This document shows, piece by piece, positions 9,029 through 18,321 of a stretch of DNA of 36,370 bases; the first letter of the stretch is position 1, and every line of letters starts with the position of its first letter. The translations under genes were made by a program, and so were the position numbers. The DNA lies in contig JBHEMM010000024.1 in assembly GCA_046262595.1 (NCBI GenBank), forward strand, positions 384-36,753, given 5' to 3'. The notes below the pieces were generated by a model, which worked only from the letters and a program-made list of their open reading frames with translations, had not been told where the DNA came from and made no database searches. Source of the DNA: Vulcanimicrobiaceae bacterium (GTDB lineage Bacteria > Vulcanimicrobiota > Vulcanimicrobiia > Vulcanimicrobiales > Vulcanimicrobiaceae).

Positions 9029-9772
9029 CTACGCGAGGCCGCGGCTTCGCAGTTCTGCCGTTTTTTTATTGATGTAGTCGAGGATTGCATGGTCCTCGGC
9101 GGGCTGCAGGCCGTGAAAGCGAAGGCCGTGCGAAAACTTGCCGGAGGCGGGTACCTGCTCGACGCGCACGATCTCCGCGAGCGCCGCGATCGCGGGGGCA
9201 TCGGAACGCAGTGCAATCGTTACCTCGAGCCATTGGCCCACTTTACAGCTGCGGTCCATAATGAGCGCGCAGCCGCCCCGGCTGATGTCGCGGATGCTGC
9301 CCTTCATAAACACGCCCACGCCTTGACCGCCCGGCGCCATACGCCACTGACCGGCAACCAGCGTGTCGAGCCGCACACTCGAGCGTTTCTGCGCTCCGCC
9401 GCCCGCGAGCGACTCGACGCGCGTGGGCATTTGGAAATACGTCATCCCGCCCTCGACGCGGACGATCGTCGCGCCGAACCGGAAACGGCCCGCCGGAGTC
9501 TGATATACGAAAGCGCCGCGCTCGCCGGCGCGCCCCAACGCCTCGCCCACGACGATGAACTTCGGTCCCGCCTGCTCCACGGAGACCGAGCGCGACGCGC
9601 GTCCGGTGACGGTCACATCAACAAACGAGTGTTCCGCCGGGAGTGTATCGCCGGCGGGGCCCTTCTTTGAAGATGACTTGAAAATCGACTTAAAGATCAG
9701 CGCACGTTCCTCTGGTGCATCCTTTGCCTTTTTATCACGCGTTCGAGGTTTCCATCTGTTCGGCCGTTTCAT
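9029..9772 (-). CDS. PilZ-domain c-di-GMP receptor, YcgR/MotI-like flagellar brake (true start probably downstream of 9772)
   Basis: RxxxR (QKRSSVR) and DxSxxG (DISRGG) motifs, N-terminal beta domain, position after flhA. Confidence 0.8.
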   Translation of the reverse strand: MKRPNRWKPRTRDKKAKDAPEERALIFKSIFKSSSKKGPAGDTLPAEHSFVDVTVTGRASRSVSVEQAGPKFIVVGEALGRAGERGAFVYQTPAGRFRFGATIVRVEGGMTYFQMPTRVESLAGGGAQKRSSVRLDTLVAGQWRMAPGGQGVGVFMKGSIRDISRGGCALIMDRSCKVGQWLEVTIALRSDAPAIAALAEIVRVEQVPASGKFSHGLRFHGLQPAEDHAILDYINKKTAELRSRGLA

Positions 9773-11861
9773 CCGTCGTGGATATCTGCCCGATCGATTC
9801 GACCCGCAGGCCCGGCGCTATCTCCGAATAGGACAAAACGACCAATTGCGGCGCGGCGCGTTCCGTTAAGCGTTTAAGCGCCAATCGCACCGCGGGCGAG
9901 CTCAGGACGATCGGATGAAGCCCTGACGACTGCGCCGCGGCCATTTGTTTCGTAAGCGACGTGTAGATCTTGGCCACCGTGTTCGGATCGAGCAGCGCAT
10001 ATGCATCCTCGCCGCGACGGACGGCCTCGCCCAGTAGGGACTCCAGACGCGGGTCCACGGTAATGACCGAGAGGACGCCGTCCTCGGCGTATTCGGCGCA
10101 GATGTGACGCGCCATCGCGGCGCGCACGCGCTCGGTCAAATAGTCGACGTCCTTGCTCACGCGCGAAGCGTCGGCAAGGTTCTCCAAAATCAGCAAGAGA
10201 TTGCGAACCGGAATGCGCTCGCGTAAAAGATTCTGCAGCACGCGCTGGATCTCGCCGACCGTGAGCAGATTCGGCACCAGCTCCTCGACGACGACCGGAT
10301 AGTGCGTTTTCACGTTATCGAGCAGCGCGGAGGTTTCCTGACGTCCGAGCAGTTCGGGTGCGTGGCTCTTGATGATTTCGGTTAAGTGCGTGGCGATGAC
10401 GCTCGTCGGATCGATCACCGTATAGCCCGCCATCTCCGCCTGGCCTTTGGCCGACTCGGCAATCCACATCGCAGGCAGGTTGAACGCCGGTTCGGTCGTC
10501 GCCACGCCGTCGATCGGCTGCATCGCCGTCCCGGGGTTCATCGCAAGCAGACGGCTAACCATCACTTCCGCCGACGCCACTTCCAAGCCGTAAATTTTGA
10601 CGACGTACGTGCTGGGTTTGAGCTGCAGATTGTCGCGCACGCGGATCGGCGGAACGACGATCCCCAGATCGCGCGCCGCATGCCGGCGCACGAGCGTGAT
10701 CCGTTCGAGCAGATCGCCGCCTTGCGTCGTATCGACCAGCGGGATCAGACCAAAGCCGATCTCGAGCTCCATCGGATCGTAGCTGAGCAGCGGCACCACC
10801 GACTCGGCCGGCTTGACCGCCGGCGGCGCGCCGGGAGCGCCGGGAAGCGCGCCGGCCGTCCCGCCGGGAAGCGCTGCGCGCCGATCGCCTGCAGCATTGC
10901 GCGTGCGAAAGTAAAACACGAACAGCAGCACGGCGATCGGCAGCATCAGCCAGCGCACCAGACCCGCCAGGCCGAAGAGCGTCGAGACCACCGCTGCGAG
11001 CAGAATCGCCGTCGGCTGACCCGCGAGCTGTTTGGTCAGGTCGCGTCCGAAATCGCCTTCCGATGCCGCGCGCGTAACGATAATGCCGGTTGCCGTGGAG
11101 ATCAGCAGCGCCGGAACTTGAGTGACGATGCCCTCGCCCACCGTGAGCAGCGTGAAGCGCTGCAGCGATTGGTCCCACGCCAAATGCAGCTGCGTCATGC
11201 CGACGATGAATCCGCCGACGGTGTTGATCGCGACGATGATGAGCGCGGCGATCGCGTCGCCGCGCACGAATTTGCTCGCGCCGTCCATCGCGCCGTAGAA
11301 GTCGGCGGCGCGCTGAATGTCTTTTCGGCGCTGGCGCGCCTCGGCTTCCGTAATAAGGCCCGCGTTTAAATCGGCGTCGATCGCGAGCTGCTTACCGGGC
11401 ATGGCGTCCAGGGTGAAGCGCGCGGCCACTTCCGCGACGCGTCCGGCGCCGTTTGTGATCACGACGAACTGGATCACGATCAAGATCATGAAGATGACGA
11501 AGCCCACGGCGTAGTTTCCGCCCACGACCACGTTGCCGAAAAAGTTAATCACTTCGCCGGCGTAACCGTGGAGCAGAATCTGTTTCGTTGCCGTGATGTT
11601 GAGCGAAAGACGGAAGAGCGTAATGACCAGGAGCAGCGTGGGAAACACGCTGAATTGGAGCGCGTTCTCCGCGTAGAGCGACACGCCGATGATCATCAGC
11701 GCCATGGCGATGTTGACGGTGAGCAGCAAGTCGAGCAGCAGCGAGGGAATCGGCACGATCATCAAAATGACGAGCATGATCGCCCCGCCGGCGACGAAGA
11801 CCGGCGCCGATCCGCCGATGCGGGAGAGCACGCCTTGGGGCGCCGGCTGGTTCACGGCCAC
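9735..11861 (-). CDS. flhA: Flagellar export gate protein FlhA
   Basis: FSVFPTLLL..TLFRLSLNI, VITNGAGRVAEVAARFTLDAMPGKQLAIDADLNAG, DFYGAMDGASKFVRGDAIA. Confidence 0.97.
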   Translation of the reverse strand: MAVNQPAPQGVLSRIGGSAPVFVAGGAIMLVILMIVPIPSLLLDLLLTVNIAMALMIIGVSLYAENALQFSVFPTLLLVITLFRLSLNITATKQILLHGYAGEVINFFGNVVVGGNYAVGFVIFMILIVIQFVVITNGAGRVAEVAARFTLDAMPGKQLAIDADLNAGLITEAEARQRRKDIQRAADFYGAMDGASKFVRGDAIAALIIVAINTVGGFIVGMTQLHLAWDQSLQRFTLLTVGEGIVTQVPALLISTATGIIVTRAASEGDFGRDLTKQLAGQPTAILLAAVVSTLFGLAGLVRWLMLPIAVLLFVFYFRTRNAAGDRRAALPGGTAGALPGAPGAPPAVKPAESVVPLLSYDPMELEIGFGLIPLVDTTQGGDLLERITLVRRHAARDLGIVVPPIRVRDNLQLKPSTYVVKIYGLEVASAEVMVSRLLAMNPGTAMQPIDGVATTEPAFNLPAMWIAESAKGQAEMAGYTVIDPTSVIATHLTEIIKSHAPELLGRQETSALLDNVKTHYPVVVEELVPNLLTVGEIQRVLQNLLRERIPVRNLLLILENLADASRVSKDVDYLTERVRAAMARHICAEYAEDGVLSVITVDPRLESLLGEAVRRGEDAYALLDPNTVAKIYTSLTKQMAAAQSSGLHPIVLSSPAVRLALKRLTERAAPQLVVLSYSEIAPGLRVESIGQISTTDETAEQMETSNA

Positions 11862-12925
11862 TATGCGATCGTCTTTCGTCTGAGTTTGAACACGAAGGCA
11901 ATCACCTGCGCGACGGCCGCGTACATGTTCGGCGGAATGCTTTGCTCTAATTCGACCTTTGCGTACAAGGTGCGCGCGAGCGGCGGATTCTCCATGATGG
12001 GTACGCCGTTTTCCACCGCTATCTCACGGATCCGCTTGGCGATCAAGTCGGCGCCCTTTGCCGTAACCACCGGCGCGTCCATCGTTATCTCGTCCCAATG
12101 CAGCGCGACGGCAAAGTGCGTGGGATTCGTCACGACGACGGTGGCTTTGGGAACGGATGACATCATTCGACGCCGTGCGAATTCCCGCTGGCGCCGCTTG
12201 ACCGCCGCGCGCACTTCCGGATTACCTTCGGACTGACGGTATTCGTCTTTGACTTCCTGCTTGCTCATTTTGAGCTGCTCTTCGTACTGCCAGCGCTCGT
12301 AGGCGAAATCCGCCAGTCCGACGATGACCAGCAGAAATCCGAACTTCCAACCGATCGTAAACGCAACGTCGCCCACGTATCCGACGAGTTGCTGCGGCGG
12401 CATCTGCCCCGCTCCGAAAAGCGTGTTGATGCTGCCGGCAACCGACGTATACACGATGATCAGCACCGCACCGAGCTTGAGCAGCTGCTTACCCAAATTG
12501 ACCAGCACTTGTTTGGAAAGCATGCGCTTAAGGCCCGTCACCGGATTGATCTTATTGAAGCTCGGCACCAGCGGTTTGACGGTGAAAACGAGCCCGGTCT
12601 GCAGCAAGTTCACCGCCAAGGCGCACACGAGCGCCGATAAGAAAAGCGCGCCGAGCAGCAGCCCCGCCGAGGAGAACACGCGCGCGTAGAGCAGCCACAC
12701 GGAACCGACCGTGAAATCTTGATGCTCGTGAATGCGCCACAGGATCGCCCGCATCGCACCGCCCACCGACGACATCGTCGCCGGCGCGAGCGCGTGCAGC
12801 ACAAAAACACCGGCAAGAAAGACGCCTGCACCGGCGAGGTCGGGGCTCTTCGCGACTTGACCGCGCCCGCGCGCCTCTTGGCGGCGCTTGGGAGTGGCCT
12901 TCTCCGTCTGTTCCGGTCTAGCCAT
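11861..12925 (-). CDS. flhB: Flagellar export switch protein FlhB
   Basis: TEKATPKRRQEAR..GQVAKS, KMSKQEVKDEYRQSEGNPEV, autocleavage motif TNPTHFAVAL. Confidence 0.97.
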   Translation of the reverse strand: MARPEQTEKATPKRRQEARGRGQVAKSPDLAGAGVFLAGVFVLHALAPATMSSVGGAMRAILWRIHEHQDFTVGSVWLLYARVFSSAGLLLGALFLSALVCALAVNLLQTGLVFTVKPLVPSFNKINPVTGLKRMLSKQVLVNLGKQLLKLGAVLIIVYTSVAGSINTLFGAGQMPPQQLVGYVGDVAFTIGWKFGFLLVIVGLADFAYERWQYEEQLKMSKQEVKDEYRQSEGNPEVRAAVKRRQREFARRRMMSSVPKATVVVTNPTHFAVALHWDEITMDAPVVTAKGADLIAKRIREIAVENGVPIMENPPLARTLYAKVELEQSIPPNMYAAVAQVIAFVFKLRRKTIA

Positions 12926-12955
12926 AAAATGCGCTTGTGAGAGCGTCTAGTGGTA

Positions 12956-12963
12956 CTATCGGC
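12956..12963 (-). promoter_or_regulatory. Possible sigma28 -10 element upstream of flhB
   Basis: GCCGATAG about 30 nt upstream of the flhB ATG; no convincing -35 at 15-16 nt. Confidence 0.3.
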
Positions 12964-13111
12964 GCTGCCGGCGGCCCGGCGCATACCCGACCTTGTAAGT
13001 TTTGCGTGTCATTCTGCGGTATGCACGCATGCTTACCTCGGCGGGACGAAGCTGCGGTGCGCCGAATAGGCGGGAGGTTTGGCGCCTGCCCTTCATTTAG
13101 AGGAGACACGA

Positions 13112-14128
13112 TTGCCCCGTATTAATCGACCCGCCCTCGCGTTCATGTTGCTGTTCCTGGCCGGCTGCGGCAACGGCACCGTTATCGGCAGCGGGCCGAC
13201 TCCAACAACGCCGCCCGTCACGCCCAGCGTGACCTTCGAGTACCCCGTACCGACGGCCGGGGCGCATCCCGCGACGGTCGTCACGCAGAACGGATACCTT
13301 TACTTTACGGAGCAGGCCGCGAGCAAAATCGGCCAACTCACCACCGGCGGGGCGGTCACCGAACTCGCGACAAAGACGGCCAACGCGGGCCCGACCTCGA
13401 TCATCGCAGGTCCCGACGGCAATCTGTGGTGGACGGAAGCATCGATCCATAGCATCGCGACGTCCGGATCGGGCTTTACCGCCGCAGGCTTCACGGAGTA
13501 CAACATTCCGTTCGCGGGATCGCTTCCGAACTTCATGACGCGCGGCGCTGCGTCCGGCAGCATGTACTTCACCGATCCCGGCGCCAACGCGATCGGCGAA
13601 ATCTTGACGAGCGGCGCCGTCAGCGGGCCGTTCGCCATTCCGACGGCCGGCTCGAACCCGCAAGGCATCGCGGTCGGCCCCGACAACAACATCTGGTTTA
13701 CCGAATTTAATACGAACAAAATCGGAATTCTGAACTCGGCCACGAACGCTATCACGGAGATTCCCGTAAGCGCAGGATCGCATCCCGACATTCTGGTGCA
13801 AGGCGCCGACGGCGCCATGTGGTTCACGGAGGACATTGCCGGTGCGCCCAAACTCGGCAGAATGACGTCGACGCATTCCTACAGCGAATTCGCACTCACG
13901 GGAGCGCAGTCGGCCGTGGGATTGGCGGTCGATCTGTACGGCGATCTTGCTGTTACCGACAGCGCGGGCAGCGCGATCGGCATCTTCAAACTGAGCAGCC
14001 AAACGTACGCGTCGTATCCGACAAAGACGGCCTCCGCCTCGCCGCTGTGGATCACCGTCGGACCGGAAGGCAAACTGTACTTCACCGAGTTCGCCGCGGA
14101 CAAGATAGGGCAGTTCAGCTACTTCTAG
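13112..14128 (+). CDS. Lipoprotein with Vgb (virginiamycin B lyase)-like beta-propeller repeats
   Basis: AGGAG at 13101-13105 then TTG 13112; lipobox LAGC; about 7 repeats of P..I..GPDGNLWFTE...KIG (e.g. PQGIAVGPDNNIWFTEFNTNKIG). Confidence 0.8.
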   Translation: MPRINRPALAFMLLFLAGCGNGTVIGSGPTPTTPPVTPSVTFEYPVPTAGAHPATVVTQNGYLYFTEQAASKIGQLTTGGAVTELATKTANAGPTSIIAGPDGNLWWTEASIHSIATSGSGFTAAGFTEYNIPFAGSLPNFMTRGAASGSMYFTDPGANAIGEILTSGAVSGPFAIPTAGSNPQGIAVGPDNNIWFTEFNTNKIGILNSATNAITEIPVSAGSHPDILVQGADGAMWFTEDIAGAPKLGRMTSTHSYSEFALTGAQSAVGLAVDLYGDLAVTDSAGSAIGIFKLSSQTYASYPTKTASASPLWITVGPEGKLYFTEFAADKIGQFSYF

Positions 14129-14904
14129 GGACGCATGCCGCGCATAACGGTATCCATGTGGGCGGCCGACTCGCTGAAGAGCTGCGGCGCGACGTAGCCC
14201 AGCAGCGGCAGACTGACCGCCATCATCAGCAGACCGACGCCGATCTGCAGCGGAAAACCGACGACGAAAACGTTCATCTGCGGCGCGACGCGCGCCATCA
14301 GCCCAAGCGCTAGATTGACGAGAAAAAGCGCGACGGCCGGCGGCGCGGCGATCTTCAGCACGATCATGAACGACTCTTGCACGAACACCATGACGTTGGT
14401 GATTACGCCCGGGTCGAGCGCGATGTAGGGCAGCGGCAGGACGTGGAACGAGCCGCCGATGCCCTGCAGCATGAGCAAGTGCGAGTTGGACGCCAAAAAG
14501 ATCAGCGTGGCAAGCGTGAGCTCCAACTCGCCAATCACCGTGACTTGCTGCTGCGTTGTGGGATTGATGATGTTTGCTACCGCAAAGCCGATCTGAATGT
14601 CCAAAATCTCGCCGGCGAATTGAATCCCCATAAAAACCAGATAGGCGACGAATCCGACGATGACGCCCAGCACGACTTGGCTAACGACGGCCGCGAGCAA
14701 TTCACCGGTGCCCGGCAGCGGCGCCATTACCGGGACGGTGTGCGAGAGCACGAATGCGAACAAAAACGCGAGGCCGATCCGCGCGAGAACGGGGATCTGC
14801 CGCGCCGAGAACACCGGAAAAACGAACAGCATTGAGGAGACGCGCACCACTATGAGCAAGAACGTTTCGAATTGTCCTTGGCTGATGTGGAAGAGATCGG
14901 TCAC
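14125..14904 (-). CDS. fliR: Flagellar export protein FliR
   Basis: Start moved to GTG 14904 (GTGA overlap with fliQ stop). FLLIVVRVSSML..FPVFS, QFAGEILDIQIGF, LGLMARVAPQMNVFVVGFPLQI. Confidence 0.95.
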   Translation of the reverse strand: MTDLFHISQGQFETFLLIVVRVSSMLFVFPVFSARQIPVLARIGLAFLFAFVLSHTVPVMAPLPGTGELLAAVVSQVVLGVIVGFVAYLVFMGIQFAGEILDIQIGFAVANIINPTTQQQVTVIGELELTLATLIFLASNSHLLMLQGIGGSFHVLPLPYIALDPGVITNVMVFVQESFMIVLKIAAPPAVALFLVNLALGLMARVAPQMNVFVVGFPLQIGVGLLMMAVSLPLLGYVAPQLFSESAAHMDTVMRGMRP

Positions 14905-15170
14905 CGGATAAAGTCTTTTAAATGCGTGAAAACGCGTGACATGAAATCGGTAAGGAGCGCGAGCATGAACGGCCCGAAGAATAAGATCGTGAGCGCCGAT
15001 GCGACGATCTTGGGAATAAACGTCAGAGTCGGCTCCTGAATCTGCGTTGTCGCCTGCACGATCGAAATGATCAGCCCGACAACCATCGAGACCAGCAGCA
15101 CGGGCGCCGCGACCATGAAGCAAACCAAAATCGCATCGCGCCCGAGCCCGATGGCATCACCGAACCCCAT
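14901..15170 (-). CDS. fliQ: Flagellar export protein FliQ
   Basis: VGLIISIVQATTQIQEPTLTFIPKI. Confidence 0.96.
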   Translation of the reverse strand: MGFGDAIGLGRDAILVCFMVAAPVLLVSMVVGLIISIVQATTQIQEPTLTFIPKIVASALTILFFGPFMLALLTDFMSRVFTHLKDFIR

Positions 15171-15243
15171 CAGCCTACGTCACCCTTCACGCATCGCTCC
15201 GATGCCGCATCGTGCCCGTGCGCGGCATCGTGCCGTCGCCCAC

Positions 15244-15267
15244 TGTCATCCTGAGCCTGTGGAAGGA
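15244..15267 (+). repeat. Single degenerate REP-like extragenic element
   Basis: TGTCATCCTGAGCCTGTGGAAGGA resembles the GTCA(T/C)CCTGAGC..GTCGAAGG class of extragenic repeats (recalled, not searched); it lies in an unusually long fliP-fliQ gap. Only one copy in the window. Confidence 0.45.
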
Positions 15268-15295
15268 CGGCGCGGCATCCCTCATGCCTCTCGCA

Positions 15296-16090
15296 TCACT
15301 TATAAGACTGAAAGATCGCATTGACCGTAAGATTCCAGCCGTCGACCAGCAAGAAGATGAGAATTTTAAACGGCAGCGAGATAATCACCGGCGGAATCAT
15401 CATCATGCCCATGGAGAGCAAAATGCTCGCGACGACCATGTCGATCACGATGAAAGGGACGTAGATCGCAAAACCAATCTCGAACGCCGTCTTCAGCTCC
15501 GAGATAACGAATGCCGGAATCAAGATATACGTCGGCACATCGCTCTGCGCGGCCGGCCGCGGTTCGCTCGAGAGCGAGTAGAAGAGTTGCAGATCCTTAT
15601 CCCGCGTTTGCTTGAACATGAATTTGCGCAGCGGCTGCGCGGCGCGGTCGATCGCGGCGTTTTGCGATATCTGCGTTTTCAGATACGGCTGAAGCGCGTT
15701 CTGATTGATATCCTTCACCACCGGCGCCATGATAAAGAACGTTAGAAATAGCGAAAGGCCCACGAGCACCTGATTCGGCGGCACCTGCTGCGTGCCCAAG
15801 GCGGTGCGGACGAATGAAAGGACGACGACGACGCGCGTGAACGAGGTGACCAGCACCAGGAGCGTCGGGGCGAGCGAGAGCACCGTGAGCAGCAGCAATA
15901 TCTGCAAAGACGTTGCCACGTCTCGCGGGTTGTGCGCCTGACCCACGCCGATATTGATCTGCGGCAGCGGAATGGTCGGATTTGCAGGCGCCGTGGCGGC
16001 CATTGCCAGGGCCGGAACAAGCCAAAGCAGCCCGATCGCCGCTGCGCAGATAACGAAAAAGGGGCGGTGGCGCCGCCACATGCGTTTCAC
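15296..16090 (-). CDS. fliP: Flagellar export protein FliP
   Basis: Start GTG 16090 (overlaps fliO stop) or ATG 16081. LLTVLSLAP..TSFTR...LSFVRTALGTQQVPPNQVL, PAFVISELKTAFEIGF, SLPFKILIFLLVDGW. Confidence 0.96.
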   Translation of the reverse strand: MKRMWRRHRPFFVICAAAIGLLWLVPALAMAATAPANPTIPLPQINIGVGQAHNPRDVATSLQILLLLTVLSLAPTLLVLVTSFTRVVVVLSFVRTALGTQQVPPNQVLVGLSLFLTFFIMAPVVKDINQNALQPYLKTQISQNAAIDRAAQPLRKFMFKQTRDKDLQLFYSLSSEPRPAAQSDVPTYILIPAFVISELKTAFEIGFAIYVPFIVIDMVVASILLSMGMMMIPPVIISLPFKILIFLLVDGWNLTVNAIFQSYK

Positions 16091-16440
16091 GTATTTTTGC
16101 GCCGGAACTGCTCGATGAATCCGCCTATCGTCTTCGCCTGCTGCGTAAACAATGCGCGCTGTCCGGCCAGCCACGGTTCGACCTCTTCAGGCGCAAGCTC
16201 CGCAAGCGTCGAGGCGCGCCCGTTACCGCCGCCAAGCAGATAGTAGCGCGCGCCGGCCTTGATGACGTGCAGCGTGGTGTTTTGTGCCAGGAACGTCGAT
16301 TCGATCACCGTTACCAGGCGTTTGTCGGCCGACGTGACGAGGCGCCCGCGCCCGAGCGCCCGGACGATGACATACAAGCCGCCGAGCATGAGCGCGACGA
16401 CGATCAGCGCAAACAGATAGCGCGCGTAAAGAGCAAGCAT
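16087..16440 (-). CDS. fliO: Flagellar biosynthesis protein FliO/FliZ
   Basis: N-terminal TM helix then LVTVIESTFLAQNTTLHVIKAG..YYLLG; located between fliN/Y and fliP. Confidence 0.8.
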   Translation of the reverse strand: MLALYARYLFALIVVALMLGGLYVIVRALGRGRLVTSADKRLVTVIESTFLAQNTTLHVIKAGARYYLLGGGNGRASTLAELAPEEVEPWLAGQRALFTQQAKTIGGFIEQFRRKNT

Positions 16441-16445
16441 ACGCG

Positions 16446-17318
16446 CTATTCGATCGTGGGATTCAGCTCGCTGATTTTTACCGCGAACTTATCCTCGACG
16501 ACCACTACTTCGCCGCGCGCTATCAGAATGTTGTTCACGTAGAGATCGATGGGGTCGGTCGACAACTTGTCCAGTTCGAACACGCTTCCCGATTGCAGCG
16601 TCACAACATCGCGCAGCGTGAGCGCCGTTTTGCCGAGCACCGCACTGATCTGCAGCGGCACGTCGTGCACCAGATCCAGGTTGTTGCCACCGTGCGCGGT
16701 TCGCGCGCTCGGCGTCATGGCCGCAAATGCGACCGGCTGCGCGGCGGCAACGGGCGCCTGTGCGCGCGCAGGCGCCGCGAGCGGCATGGCTGCCGCGGGC
16801 TGCGGTTCGGGCGGCTGTCCGGCAACCTTCGAAAGCGCGATCCCGTCGAAATCGATCGCGATCTCCGGCGCCAGGCGCGTTCCGACCCGGATCGATCCCG
16901 TATAGGACGCAAAGGGCGGCGCAGGCAGATCGGTCGCATCCGTGCACAGGCCCGCATGAACGCCGTCCGCGGACGCGCCGAGCTGTTTTGCGAGTTCTTC
17001 AGCCATCGAAGCTGCAATCTGGGAGACGGTTTCCGAAACGATGGAGAGCTGCATCGCCCCCATGTCGGCGTCGTCCATACCGCCGAGCATGAGACTTACA
17101 ACGTTGACGATATCGCCGCTTGCGAAACGCACGACCACCTTGATCGCGAGCGACGGTATGTCCGCCCTCACCGCCAGCGTCGCAGCATCGATCTTGATCG
17201 AGCCTTCGTGATCGTTGCGAACGGCGGGGGAGGCGGAAACCGGCTGGTCGACCAACCGGCCAAGGACTGTCGCGGCCGCCTCGAACATTGCGCCGGTCAA
17301 TAGTTGGATATCTGCCAT
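16446..17318 (-). CDS. fliY: Flagellar motor switch protein FliN/FliY (degenerate CheC-like N-terminal domain plus SpoA domain)
   Basis: C-terminal NLDLVHDVPLQISAVLGKT..G.VFELDKL..P.D.YVNN.LIARGEVVVV...FAVKI; N-terminal half echoes FliY (MQLSIVSETVSQI). Confidence 0.85.
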   Translation of the reverse strand: MADIQLLTGAMFEAAATVLGRLVDQPVSASPAVRNDHEGSIKIDAATLAVRADIPSLAIKVVVRFASGDIVNVVSLMLGGMDDADMGAMQLSIVSETVSQIAASMAEELAKQLGASADGVHAGLCTDATDLPAPPFASYTGSIRVGTRLAPEIAIDFDGIALSKVAGQPPEPQPAAAMPLAAPARAQAPVAAAQPVAFAAMTPSARTAHGGNNLDLVHDVPLQISAVLGKTALTLRDVVTLQSGSVFELDKLSTDPIDLYVNNILIARGEVVVVEDKFAVKISELNPTIE

Positions 17319-17320
17319 CG

Positions 17321-18313
17321 CTAGTGCTCCTCGCTCGAGATGACGTCCCCGACCTGCACCGATATGCGGTCCCGGTGCACGCCCGGATACACGAGAAACT
17401 TCTCGCGGTCGTTAATCCGCGCGACGAGCGCGGCATCCGTCGGTTTATCGAATAGGACGAGGTCTCCGGGCTGCAGCGCCACGAGGTCACGCAGCGAGAC
17501 GGTGGTCTTGCCGAGTTCGACCTGAACGTCCACCGGCGCTTTTTCGACGTTGCGGGCGAGCTGCTGAATGTCTTCTTCCGTCATGCCGCGCCCGGCGACA
17601 ACGGTGGGCGACCACTGAAAATCGCTGAGCTGCGTGCTGATGGACTGCATCACCAAATACGGCAGGCAAAAGTTCATGACGCCGGCCATGTCGCCGACCT
17701 TGAGCTCCATCGAGATGTAGGCGACGATCTGGTCGAGCGGAATGATGCGCGGAATGAACTGCGGATTTGAATCGAGCGCTTCGATCTTCAGTGAGAGCGT
17801 GAGCAGATAATTCCACGATTCCCGGTAGCTGTTCAGCATGCGCGCCATGAAGCGCTGCATGAGCGTGCGCTCGATATCCGTCAAATCGCGCAGCTTCTGC
17901 GGAAACCACCCGGGGCCGCCGAGCAGGCGGTCGATGATCGAGAACACCAGATTCAGATCGACCTGCACGATGCCGCTGCCGGGAAGCGGATCCATCGAAA
18001 AGATCGAGAGGATCGACGGAATGCCGATGCTCGCGATGAAGTCGCCATAACTGATCTGCTCGATCGAAACGATCGATGCTTCAACCCGCGTCCGAAGATA
18101 CACCGAAAGCGAGTTGTTCAGCAGCCGCGTAAAGTTTTCGTGCAGCGTGCGCAGCGTCTGAAGCTGGTTGTTCGAAAACTTGTCGAGGCGTTTGTTGAAA
18201 CGGAAATCGAACGACTTGACCTTCTTGCCTTCGAGCGCGTCTTCACGGGCGGAGGGCTCGGTCGAAAGTTGATTGATGAGCGCATCGATTTCTTCTTGAG
18301 AAAGGCTGGACAT
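17321..18313 (-). CDS. fliM: Flagellar motor switch protein FliM
   Basis: CheY-binding LSQEEIDAL, L..LHENF.R, IIDRLLGGPG, RDLTDIE, NPQF, C-terminal SpoA domain. Confidence 0.96.
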   Translation of the reverse strand: MSSLSQEEIDALINQLSTEPSAREDALEGKKVKSFDFRFNKRLDKFSNNQLQTLRTLHENFTRLLNNSLSVYLRTRVEASIVSIEQISYGDFIASIGIPSILSIFSMDPLPGSGIVQVDLNLVFSIIDRLLGGPGWFPQKLRDLTDIERTLMQRFMARMLNSYRESWNYLLTLSLKIEALDSNPQFIPRIIPLDQIVAYISMELKVGDMAGVMNFCLPYLVMQSISTQLSDFQWSPTVVAGRGMTEEDIQQLARNVEKAPVDVQVELGKTTVSLRDLVALQPGDLVLFDKPTDAALVARINDREKFLVYPGVHRDRISVQVGDVISSEEH

Positions 18314-18321
18314 GCGGCGGA

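Noticed and set aside
13112..14128. Streptogramin resistance gene vgb
   Set aside because: Only the repeat pattern matches; a lipoprotein signal is present and catalytic residues are unverified.
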